A stretch of 64,000 nt of DNA, taken from the NCBI GenBank assembly GCA_030612025.1, contig JAUWOR010000010.1, forward strand, positions 7,109 to 71,108. Reading direction: 5' to 3'. Shown one piece after another: positions 9,063 through 16,966 of this stretch. The notes under the pieces were generated by a model, which was not told the DNA's origin, made no database searches, and saw only the letters and a list, made by a program, of their open reading frames with translations. Source of the stretch: Dehalococcoidia bacterium. Its GTDB lineage: Bacteria > Chloroflexota > Dehalococcoidia > GIF9 > AB-539-J10. Position 1 is the stretch's first letter. Every line of letters starts with the position of its first letter. The position numbers and the translations under genes were made by a program.

Positions 9063-10055
9063 TTAAAAGGCGAGCTTTAAGACAAAGGCTATAATCCAGC
9101 CGAGGATAGCACAGGCGGGAAAGGTCAAAATCCAGGTTAAGACAATATTTCTGGCTATCCCCCACCGCACTGCGGAGAGACGTCTTGTAGCACCTACCCC
9201 CATGATCGCCGTGGTGATACAGTGCGTGGTGCTTACTGGAATACCGAAGTGTGAGGCAACCTCAATAACAGTAGCCGCCGATGCCTCGGCGGCAAATCCA
9301 TGGACGGGACGCAAGGTGGTCACCTTCAATCCCAGTGTTTCGATAACTCGCCACCCACCAATAAGAGTGCCAAAGCTAATTGAAGCTGCGGAAACTACCA
9401 CAGCCCAGAAGGGGATATAGAATTCGCCGTATCCATGATAGACCATTAAAGCCATGGCGATTAAGCCAATAGGCATCTGACCATCATTCTTGCCGTGACT
9501 ATAAGCCAGGAAGGCTGCCGAAAGGATCTGCAGGTTGCTGAAGACACCTCGCATCTTTTCCGGCGCGGCTCTTCGGAAAAGCCACATTATAGCCACCATG
9601 ACCAAAAAACCACCGCTAAGACCTAAGAGAGGGGCGATGCCGACGGCAGAAAGCACTTTCCCCAGAACCCCCCAAACGATGATTTTACTACCCGAAGTAG
9701 CAATGCCAGCCCCTACCAATCCCGCCACCAACCCATGGGTCAAACTTATGGGCATGCCATAGCGTGTGGCGACAACAGCCCAGATAATAATTGCCCCACT
9801 TGCAGCAAGCACAATACTCATAGTCAAGGCTTCAGAGTCAACAATCCCTTTGCCAATGGTTAGGGCCACGGCAGTGCCTGTGGCTGCCCCAGCGAAATTA
9901 AGAAAGGCGGCCATAATTATGGCCGCCCGAGGAGAGAGGCTACGAGTACCGATCACTGTAGCGATGGCATTAGCAGCATCATTAACCCCGTTCACAATGC
10001 CGAAGCCAATGGCCGCTATAATCACCAGGATTAGCAGTGCCAAGAGGTCAGGCAT
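9063..10055 (-). CDS. Inorganic phosphate transporter, PiT family
   Basis: GIVNGVNDAANAIATVIGTR and second GANDGQ-like half, 10+ TM helices; 330 aa. Confidence 0.85.
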   Translation of the reverse strand: MPDLLALLILVIIAAIGFGIVNGVNDAANAIATVIGTRSLSPRAAIIMAAFLNFAGAATGTAVALTIGKGIVDSEALTMSIVLAASGAIIIWAVVATRYGMPISLTHGLVAGLVGAGIATSGSKIIVWGVLGKVLSAVGIAPLLGLSGGFLVMVAIMWLFRRAAPEKMRGVFSNLQILSAAFLAYSHGKNDGQMPIGLIAMALMVYHGYGEFYIPFWAVVVSAASISFGTLIGGWRVIETLGLKVTTLRPVHGFAAEASAATVIEVASHFGIPVSTTHCITTAIMGVGATRRLSAVRWGIARNIVLTWILTFPACAILGWIIAFVLKLAF

Positions 10056-10677
10056 GCTTCAATACTATACCTTCGAGAACATTGGCTACATCTTCGCCTC
10101 GATCGGTAGCGTCTTCCAAGTGTTGGTAGATTTCGCGCCATTTGATTATCTCACATGCATCCATCGGGTTATCAAATAGCTCAGCTAAGGCAGCATGAAG
10201 CACATCATCAGCCTCGTTTTCCAGACTATTGATCTCCACACACTGCTCCAGAATCCGCGGGAACTGGTCACGGTGACGTAAGCGAGGCAGTACCTCGTTC
10301 AATTGATAGGTTACCTTAGCTACGATTAAGGTTAGCTGTCGTGCCCTTTCCGTGGGTTGGGTAATGTGGTAAAGGAAGGCAGTTCTGCCAGCAGCCTCAA
10401 TGAAATCCATGACGTCGTCCAAGGTTTGGGCCAGGAGAGCAATATCCTCCCTATCAATAGGAGTCACGAAAGTGCGATGCAGCCTCTGTATTATCTCGTG
10501 AGTGATGATGTCACCCTGGTGCTCCAAATCCTTGAGTTGATTTGCTTTCACTTCAACATCTTCGTAGTTCTCAAAGAAGTCAACTAGCTTTTCTGCGGCA
10601 GTGACTAGATTAGCAGTGTCCTGTTCGAACAAGTCATAAAACTTCGTATCTCTGGGCGTTATTAGGAACTTAGCCAA
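10048..10677 (-). CDS. DUF47 (PhoU-like) phosphate transport regulator paired with PiT
   Basis: 209-aa all-helical protein overlapping start of PiT gene; typical pit-associated TIGR00153-type protein. Confidence 0.75.
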   Translation of the reverse strand: MAKFLITPRDTKFYDLFEQDTANLVTAAEKLVDFFENYEDVEVKANQLKDLEHQGDIITHEIIQRLHRTFVTPIDREDIALLAQTLDDVMDFIEAAGRTAFLYHITQPTERARQLTLIVAKVTYQLNEVLPRLRHRDQFPRILEQCVEINSLENEADDVLHAALAELFDNPMDACEIIKWREIYQHLEDATDRGEDVANVLEGIVLKHA

Positions 10678-10791
10678 AATATAACTCCCCTCCCTCGCCA
10701 GATAAGGGGATGGGCGGACGAGGGCGCTCTTTTATTTCTACCTCGCAGTATATCATAGCACACCTTATTATGAGAAGTCGTTTGTAGACGT

Positions 10792-10873
10792 CCATATGAT
10801 TAGTGACACATCACCTCCTTTGTTGCTATCAGGCTGTTTAATTTTGATTCCCTGTTCAATTTCAGCTATCTCA
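10792..10873 (+). repeat. Repeat family G copy 2
   Basis: Near-identical to 79..160. Confidence 0.6.
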
Positions 10874-10879
10874 ACAACC

Positions 10880-11020
10880 TTAAATTCTAAATCCTAATTT
10901 CTAAACTCTAAACAAATTCTAAATTCCAAATTCAAATACCAAAACTCGTTTTGTTTTGGATTTTTCTCATTTGTGCTTTAGTATTGTTTAGTATTTCGTA
11001 TTTAGTGCTTAGGATTTTCA
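10880..11020. repeat. Strand-asymmetric low-complexity tract (CTAAA/TCTAAA-like units) followed by its approximate reverse complement (TTTAG/TATTTAG-like units); centre CCAAAACTCGTTTTGG
   Basis: Visible in sequence; could fold as a long imperfect hairpin; lies between divergent DUF47-PiT operon and the RelE/RHH operon. Confidence 0.4.
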
Positions 11021-11033
11021 CGTTCATCTTTTT

Positions 11034-11085
11034 GTAGTTGCCTGATTTATCAGGCCCTTATCGCCCCATAAATTGGGCAACTACT
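11034..11085 (+). repeat. REP family A element
   Basis: GTAGTTGCCTGATTTATCAGGCCCTTATCGCCCCATAAATTGGGCAACTAC. Confidence 0.8.
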
Positions 11086-11113
11086 AGTCCTTCAAAAGAG
11101 ACACAGGAAAACC

Positions 11114-11383
11114 TTAGAATAGCCTATCACCTTTATTATAAGTATCTTCGGAACGTCTAGCTATCTTACCGATAATCACCAGTCGATCCTTATCAAACAC
11201 AGCGTAAATAATACGCCAATCGCCAACACGAATTCGATAAATAGGCCCCCTGAGCTTTCTTACTCCTAAAGGGCGAGGATTAGCCCCCAGCGCACGAATA
11301 GCGGCAACTATACGCTCAAACTCTACCTTGCCAAGCTTATCTAATTCATGCTGGGCCCTAGGAGTAAGCTCAACCTTGTGCAC
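11114..11383 (-). CDS. Type II toxin, RelE/ParE family
   Basis: 89 aa; PRAQHELDKL...GDWRIIYAVFDKDRLVIIGKIARR pattern typical of RelE/ParE; overlaps upstream antitoxin by 14 nt. Confidence 0.7.
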   Translation of the reverse strand: MHKVELTPRAQHELDKLGKVEFERIVAAIRALGANPRPLGVRKLRGPIYRIRVGDWRIIYAVFDKDRLVIIGKIARRSEDTYNKGDRLF

Positions 11384-11609
11384 ATGCCTTCTTCCGGCTC
11401 AGATACTCTTCCAACTCTATTGCCGAGCCAGCTTGGCTTTGATATCGAGCTAATTCCTCCTCCATATCTTTAATGTCTTCAATATCCTCTCCGTAGACGA
11501 TATCAATAGCCCTCCGAATGAGCTCAGCAATAGAAACATTCTTCTCAAAAGCTAATTTCTTCAGCCCTTGGTGACTCTCCTCACTAATATAAACCATAGT
11601 TTTTTTCAT
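11370..11609 (-). CDS. Antitoxin, ribbon-helix-helix (CopG/ParD-like)
   Basis: 79 aa; MKKTMVYISEESHQGLKKLAFEKNVSIAELIRRAID N-terminal RHH; upstream partner of RelE/ParE toxin. Confidence 0.6.
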   Translation of the reverse strand: MKKTMVYISEESHQGLKKLAFEKNVSIAELIRRAIDIVYGEDIEDIKDMEEELARYQSQAGSAIELEEYLSRKKACAQG

Positions 11610-11678
11610 GCTTAACTCCTATAGCTTAATTATCTTTGCTCACTATGACAGATATATGTCATGATGTCAACCAGCCGG

Positions 11679-12194
11679 CTACTTGAATCTCTTTACCTCA
11701 AAACGATAGAGGCTAACAGGTTCGTCAAAGGATATCCCGGCCTTGAGTCGGCAAATCTCGATCTGCCTCTCAACTGTGTCCACACCCTCCAGGTTAGGCA
11801 GCAAAAGCCCTCGCCGGAAACCACTCTCCACAATCACCCCATACTTTTTCGGGTCAAGTTGACTTACATCGCCTACCGGCTCAGGCTTAGTAAGAATATC
11901 CACGCTATATTCCAGGTCACCCAGCTCGGATGCCGCTATTGGCGGGAAACGAGGGTCTCTGGTAGCCGAGCTAATAGCATTGGTCATAATCTCCTCAGCT
12001 ACACTGGCTTTAGTCGGCTCAAAAGTGCCAATGCAGCCTCTTAACTCGCCTTGCTTGTGAATGGAAACAAAAACGCCCGCTCGTTCTCTCATCTCAGGAG
12101 TCAGTTCTCTCGGCTGAGGTATTTTACCCTCACGGATATAGCTTTCCACCGTTTCCCTAGCTAGTTTCACTATGGGATGAAGTCCCTCTTTCAT
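11679..12194 (-). CDS. AMMECR1 domain protein (AmmeMemoRadiSam system component)
   Basis: 171 aa, [21 protein letters not shown] motif of AMMECR1 family; partner radical SAM gene at 13182..14201. Confidence 0.8.
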   Translation of the reverse strand: MKEGLHPIVKLARETVESYIREGKIPQPRELTPEMRERAGVFVSIHKQGELRGCIGTFEPTKASVAEEIMTNAISSATRDPRFPPIAASELGDLEYSVDILTKPEPVGDVSQLDPKKYGVIVESGFRRGLLLPNLEGVDTVERQIEICRLKAGISFDEPVSLYRFEVKRFK

Positions 12195-12335
12195 AAATAC
12201 CTCCCTCTAACTCCCTCCCGCCAGGGGAGGGAGGATTGTAGTATCCTAATATTACCTCATTATTAACCCTCTCCCTTGATGGGAGACAACATTCGCTTAG
12301 TCCTCTCCCTTCGAGGGAGAGGACTAAGGTGCCTT
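12195..12335. repeat. Family C hairpin repeats (three units)
   Basis: CTCCCTCCCGCCAGGGGAGGGAGG, CCTCTCCCTTGATGGGAGA, CCTCTCCCTTCGAGGGAGAGG. Confidence 0.65.
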
Positions 12336-12352
12336 TCCTCCAAATCCTCGTA

Positions 12353-13170
12353 GTAGTTGCCTGATTTATCAGGCTTATCGCCCAATAAATTGGGCAACTA
12401 CATTTTTAAACACCCTCATTTGTTAACACACGGTATTATTCAATATTTCGTAGTTGCCTGATTTATCAGGCCTTTCTCGCCCAATAAATTGGGCAACTAC
12501 AATATCCTTTCCACTAGTGGATTGTTTTGAATATACTCTCGGATCTTTGCCAGCGCTTTATCATCTCTAATCACATGCTCGTAGTAATTTGGTTGCCATA
12601 GCTTAAATCGAACTTGCTTTGTGGTTACCGCTTTCAACCTTCTAACAATCTCAGCTAGCTTAAGTTGGCAGTCTTCCAAAACCAATATTAGATGAATATG
12701 AGAAGGCATTATTTGGTAGTAATCTAATTTTACTCCGCTTATCTTGTAGGGTAATTGTTCGATAAGTTGGGCAACTATTTCCTTGTTTTCGCCCGTCAGA
12801 TAAGGTCTTCGGTAATTAGTGCAAATTGTTATGAAATAAAAGCCGTCTGAGGAGTAATCATAATCTTTTAAGCGTATATTTTTAACCGCTCTCATCCTTA
12901 ACCTTCCATCATTCTGATACAACCTGTAGTTGCCTGATTTATCAGGCCTTTCTCGCCCAATAAATTGGGCAACTACGTTTTTAAACACCCTCATTTGTTA
13001 ACACACGGTATTATTCAATATTTCGTAGTTGCCTGATTTATCAGGCCCTTATCGCCCAATAAATCGCACTACATTTTTAAACACCCTCATTTGTTAACAC
13101 ACGGTATTATTCAATATTTCGTAGTTGCCTGATTTATCAGGCCCTTATCGCCCAATAAATCGCACTACGT
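12353..13170. mobile_element. REP-RAYT-REP unit: RAYT gene flanked by REP-A doublet (12353..12401, 12450..12500) and REP-A triplet (12926..12976, 13025..13072, 13123..13170) in ~98-bp tandem periodicity
   Basis: REP copies separated by identical 48-bp linker ATTTTTAAACACCCTCATTTGTTAACACACGGTATTATTCAATATTTC; encloses IS200-like Y1 transposase gene. Confidence 0.8.
12497..12895 (-). CDS. REP-associated tyrosine transposase (RAYT, IS200/IS605 TnpA-like)
   Basis: HuH motif SHIHLIL and catalytic YYEHVIRD tyrosine; N-terminal YDYSSDGFYFITICT; start likely ATG 12895 (RBS GGAAGG), the longer 12994 start would read through a REP. Confidence 0.8.
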   Translation of the reverse strand: MRAVKNIRLKDYDYSSDGFYFITICTNYRRPYLTGENKEIVAQLIEQLPYKISGVKLDYYQIMPSHIHLILVLEDCQLKLAEIVRRLKAVTTKQVRFKLWQPNYYEHVIRDDKALAKIREYIQNNPLVERIL

Positions 13171-13181
13171 TTTTAAACATC

Positions 13182-14201
13182 CTACTTCAGCCTTGTTCTG
13201 AAATTAAGCTCACTGCCACAAAACTTGCATTTAGAATCATCCAGTCCCACTACCTGAGTATCATAACCAATGCGGCGAATAACTGTCTTGCCACAAGAAT
13301 AGCAAACGGTATTTTCATACTCATGCCCAGGAACATTGCCCAGATAGACAAACTTTAACCCTGCTTTCTTGCCAATTCTGTAAGCCTTCTCCAGAGTGGA
13401 TACCGGGGTGGGTGGCAGATAATTCAAATTACGCATGGGGTAAAAGCGAGTTATATGCCATGGAGTAAGCTCACCTAAGTTATCTCGAATCCAGGTAGCG
13501 ATGCCACTGAGCTGTGCCTCATCATCATTCATAGTGGGAATGACATTGGTTACCACCTCAACCCACATACCCCATTTCTCCTTAGCGCGCTTGGCTACAT
13601 CCAGAATACCACGCCAGTGAGAGATTTTTGAGAGCCGACGATAAAAACCGTCGCTAAAGCCCTTGACATCAACCCTCCAGGCATCGAGGTAAGGACCGAT
13701 AGTATCTAAAGCCTCAGGAGTGATGTAGCCATTGGTAACATAAACGGTATATAGACCATTTTCCTTAGCCAGCTTGGCAGAATCCAAAGTATACTCAAAC
13801 CATACCGTAGGCTCATTATAAGTCCAGGCAATGCCAGCACAATTATACCGTTTAGTTAACTCTATTTCCCTCTCAGGCAATAGTTGCTGTGAAGTATCAG
13901 GAACATCCACACAGGCAATCTCCCAGTTTTGACAGTCCTGGCAGTGGAAGTTGCATCCCCAGGTGCCCAAGGAAAGGGCATAAGTCCCTGGGAAAAAGTG
14001 AAATAAGGGCTTCTTCTCAATATGGTCAGCGGCTACTGAAGAGACTTCAGCATAATTCATGGTATATAAGGTGCCATCCCGGTTAAGGCGCATGCGGCAG
14101 ACACCCATCTTGCTCAGGTTTATAATGCACCTCCATTGGCAAACGTGGCATCTCACCCTGCCACCCGAGAGTTTCTCATAAAGCATCGCTTCTCTTTCCA
14201 T
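13182..14201 (-). CDS. AmmeMemoRadiSam system radical SAM enzyme
   Basis: 339 aa; N-terminal Cys cluster CHVCQWRC...C plus radical SAM CNFHCQDCQN (CxxxCxxC); neighbourhood with AMMECR1 gene. Confidence 0.8.
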   Translation of the reverse strand: MEREAMLYEKLSGGRVRCHVCQWRCIINLSKMGVCRMRLNRDGTLYTMNYAEVSSVAADHIEKKPLFHFFPGTYALSLGTWGCNFHCQDCQNWEIACVDVPDTSQQLLPEREIELTKRYNCAGIAWTYNEPTVWFEYTLDSAKLAKENGLYTVYVTNGYITPEALDTIGPYLDAWRVDVKGFSDGFYRRLSKISHWRGILDVAKRAKEKWGMWVEVVTNVIPTMNDDEAQLSGIATWIRDNLGELTPWHITRFYPMRNLNYLPPTPVSTLEKAYRIGKKAGLKFVYLGNVPGHEYENTVCYSCGKTVIRRIGYDTQVVGLDDSKCKFCGSELNFRTRLK

Positions 14202-14299
14202 TAGGGGCTATTATATCACCGCGGCTTATCTCAATATAATTACAATATATCCGGCAAAAATGACCTCGCTACATCATTGTGATAGGCTGAATTTCCTCT

Positions 14300-14603
14300 C
14301 CCTCGCCTCCCTCTGTCATTGCGAGGAGCAGTCCCCTGCCAAGTAAGGGGAGGGGATGAGCGGGATCCTTTTCAGCGACGAAGCAAACTCGGAGTGGGAT
14401 TCCTCGCTTACGCTCGGAACAAGCTCCGCAATCTCTAAGAATATCCCTCCACCAAGATTACCACACTGCCCCTTCGTTACACTCAGGGCTTCGGCTCACC
14501 GCAGCTAACAAGCGCCACTTGTAGTGCGAGGCTTCCCTTTTACTCCGTAGTGCGAGGCTTTAGCCTCGCGCCAGATAAGCACGACCCTGAAGGGTCGCAC
14601 TAC
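14300..14603. repeat. Family D half-palindrome (14300..14345) and tandem REP-B with internal duplication (14523..14603)
   Basis: CTCTGTCATTGCGAGGAGC...; GTAGTGCGAGGCTTCCC..GTAGTGCGAGGCTTTAGCCTCGCG...GGGTCGCACTAC. Confidence 0.7.
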
Positions 14604-14658
14604 AGGAACATCCTGGCACCGTGCACTAATTCACGCCACATACTATAATTCAGGAGAA

Positions 14659-15255
14659 ATGACTGTCATTGGCGTGACTGGCAATCTAGGCAGTGGCAAA
14701 AGCACGGTATGCCAAGTTTTAGCCAAGCTTGGTGCTACCATCATCGATGCCGATGAGCTGGCACACAAGACTTACAAGCCACATAGCCAGACCTGGCAAG
14801 AGCTAATCAACACCTTTGGTAAAGACATACTTAAGGCTAACGAAGAAATTGACCGCCAAAAATTAGGGCAGATAGTTTTTTCTCACCCCGATGCCTTAGC
14901 CAAGCTGAATCAGATAGTGCACCCTAGAGCATATCGTATGGCTCAAGAAAAAATCGAAGATTACCATCGCCAGGGGGCTAAAGCCATTGTCGTAGAGGCT
15001 ACTTTGCTCATTGAAGCAGGGTGGACAGATTTGGTGAATAAGGTCTGGTTAGTAGTAGCTCCAGAGAATGTAGCAATCCAAAGGCTCACCCAACATGAAG
15101 GAATCAACGAAGCTCAAACTTTGACTCGCCTCAAGGCACAGATGCCAGCAGAGGAAAAGATGAAATATGCCGATGAAGTAATTTACAACGATGGCGATAT
15201 ACCCCAGCTTGAAGCCAAGGTGACCAAACTCTGGCACGCCCTTGATATAATTTGA
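14659..15255 (+). CDS. coaE: Dephospho-CoA kinase
   Basis: GVTGNLGSGKST P-loop and overall CoaE layout, 198 aa. Confidence 0.85.
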   Translation: MTVIGVTGNLGSGKSTVCQVLAKLGATIIDADELAHKTYKPHSQTWQELINTFGKDILKANEEIDRQKLGQIVFSHPDALAKLNQIVHPRAYRMAQEKIEDYHRQGAKAIVVEATLLIEAGWTDLVNKVWLVVAPENVAIQRLTQHEGINEAQTLTRLKAQMPAEEKMKYADEVIYNDGDIPQLEAKVTKLWHALDII

Positions 15256-15298
15256 CCTCTTACATCTTATGCTATACTCGCCGCAAAGAGCCCCTGGA

Positions 15299-16966
15299 TT
15301 AGTCCAGACCAACAATAATTCTCTCCACCTTGGTGATGTCCAAGCTGTTGACCACGCCATCTCCATTGGCATCAGCGCCGGGAGTTTCGGCATCGAGTCC
15401 AACAATAATCCTCTCGACCTTGGTGATGTCAAGGCTATTGACCACGCCATCTCCATTGGCATCGCCAGGCAGGATTGAGGAGACGTGGACTGAATCGCCT
15501 GTCCAGGTTGCCTCTATTTCATTTGCCCCATTATCGCCCAGAAAGCCGTTTTGCAAACCTATGTCACTGCTGTCACCCTCAGCGCCGATAACATGGAAGT
15601 GTAGTTCTGCCAGGGTGCCGGAGCCAGTGACGCCAGCTAACCCTGGGACGTTCTGAACTATGGTGCATGACCCGCCATCTTCCAGATTCCAGATGTCAAC
15701 CGGTATCGCCGTCCCATCTATCTCACCGGCAGTCACATCATCCAGTCGAAGCACCGTGTCGTCGAAGACAACATCGTAGTTAGCAGCATCGAAGTTCTCC
15801 ACCCCATCAATGTTAACCCTGGCAATAAAATCGCTACCAGCGCCTACCTCGGCTGGAGCACTAATGCTCACTGAAGGAGCAACACCGGTGGTCACAGTTA
15901 GAGTTACCGGCACCGTCACTTCTGGCTCATCGGGGTCGTTGCTTAATATTACTATATTGGCAGTGTAAGTGCTGCCGAGGCCAGTGGTATCGAAGGTAAC
16001 CGTTATGTCATCTTCCTCTCCTGGCGGCACCATGCCTGATTTGGGCTCCTCATCCAGCCAGGGGCAGTCCTCGGCTTCTCCTCCCACATACTTGCTCAGC
16101 ACCACATCATCAATAAAGGCTCCCTGACCGCTAGAGCCAGGCATAACATCACTGAAAGTGAACAATATCCACACTTCAGGCTGCCCGCAGACATTCCCCA
16201 AATAGGGAATCTCTGTGAAGTCCAAAGATTTTTCCATCCAGTGCCGGTAATGTCCGGCGATGGTCTTTCCACCGAAGTATTTTCCATCAATTGACGCTGC
16301 CCAGAGGAGGTAATCGCCAGGAATGTTATACGGCTCCACCTGTATTCCGGCCGAGTCCAACCACAAATGGAACCTCAGCTCGGCATCAGTAGCATCAGCT
16401 AGGCTGAAGGGGCCGTACACCATCGCGGAAGACATTCTGTAAGGAAACCAAGCTGGGGGGTCGACCCCATCTGTACCACTCTTGGCGCAGTAGGCACTCC
16501 ATGATCCGTTGTGGGGGTTGTAGCTGTCCTTTCCCCAGTAGGCATCCACCTGCGACTGAGAATACACGTCCCACTTAGACCCTGGAAATACCCCCTCAAA
16601 ATCCTCGGTCATTATGTTCTGCCAGCCACTGCCAAATTTGCCAGTTTCCTCTGGCTCAACCGTCTTGCCCTCTAGCGGAATTTCCAAGACCATGCTACCT
16701 GGCTTCAGGAGCAGGTTCTCAGCCTTCCCTGTGCTAGCCCCACCTGTTGTTTCCGTGTCGCTGAGAGTGTAGTTCAGCTCCGCATTGCCAACATTGCCTA
16801 TATTTAGAGTGTAGTCCTGGGTTGTGTCTGGCGGCAGCGTTTTCTCGAAGCTGGTGGGAGAAACCGTGATGTCAGGCGCGTCAGGCTGTGCGCCGGCTGT
16901 GGTGGCCCAATCCTGGGCATAATTATCCGACCATTGCTCACTCCCTTGGACATAGGACCAGGCCCC
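15299..16966 (-). CDS. C-terminal portion of frameshifted S8 subtilase gene: PKD/CARDB-like beta domains and C-terminal type-I dockerin (two DANGDGVVNSLDITKVERIIVGLD repeats)
   Basis: Shares the WSYVQGSEQWSDNYAQD segment with the upstream repeat unit of ORF 16938..19688; reading frames join at poly-C tract 16963..16966. Confidence 0.65.
   Translation of the reverse strand, partial: GAWSYVQGSEQWSDNYAQDWATTAGAQPDAPDITVSPTSFEKTLPPDTTQDYTLNIGNVGNAELNYTLSDTETTGGASTGKAENLLLKPGSMVLEIPLEGKTVEPEETGKFGSGWQNIMTEDFEGVFPGSKWDVYSQSQVDAYWGKDSYNPHNGSWSAYCAKSGTDGVDPPAWFPYRMSSAMVYGPFSLADATDAELRFHLWLDSAGIQVEPYNIPGDYLLWAASIDGKYFGGKTIAGHYRHWMEKSLDFTEIPYLGNVCGQPEVWILFTFSDVMPGSSGQGAFIDDVVLSKYVGGEAEDCPWLDEEPKSGMVPPGEEDDITVTFDTTGLGSTYTANIVILSNDPDEPEVTVPVTLTVTTGVAPSVSISAPAEVGAGSDFIARVNIDGVENFDAANYDVVFDDTVLRLDDVTAGEIDGTAIPVDIWNLEDGGSCTIVQNVPGLAGVTGSGTLAELHFHVIGAEGDSSDIGLQNGFLGDNGANEIEATWTGDSVHVSSILPGDANGDGVVNSLDITKVERIIVGLDAETPGADANGDGVVNSLDITKVERIIVGLD

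Noticed and set aside
10805-10830. CACCTCCTTT in family G repeats resembling the 16S rRNA 3' end
   Set aside because: Only ~9 nt match the anti-Shine-Dalgarno end, the flanks do not resemble rRNA, and the repeat occurs in three non-rRNA contexts.
12353-13170. Possible CRISPR array (regular ~98-bp periodicity around 12.4-13.2 kb)
   Set aside because: The repeat units are palindromic REP elements with GTAG/CTAC termini and the intervening spacers are identical copies of one 48-bp linker. No cas genes are nearby. This is a REP tandem array, not CRISPR.
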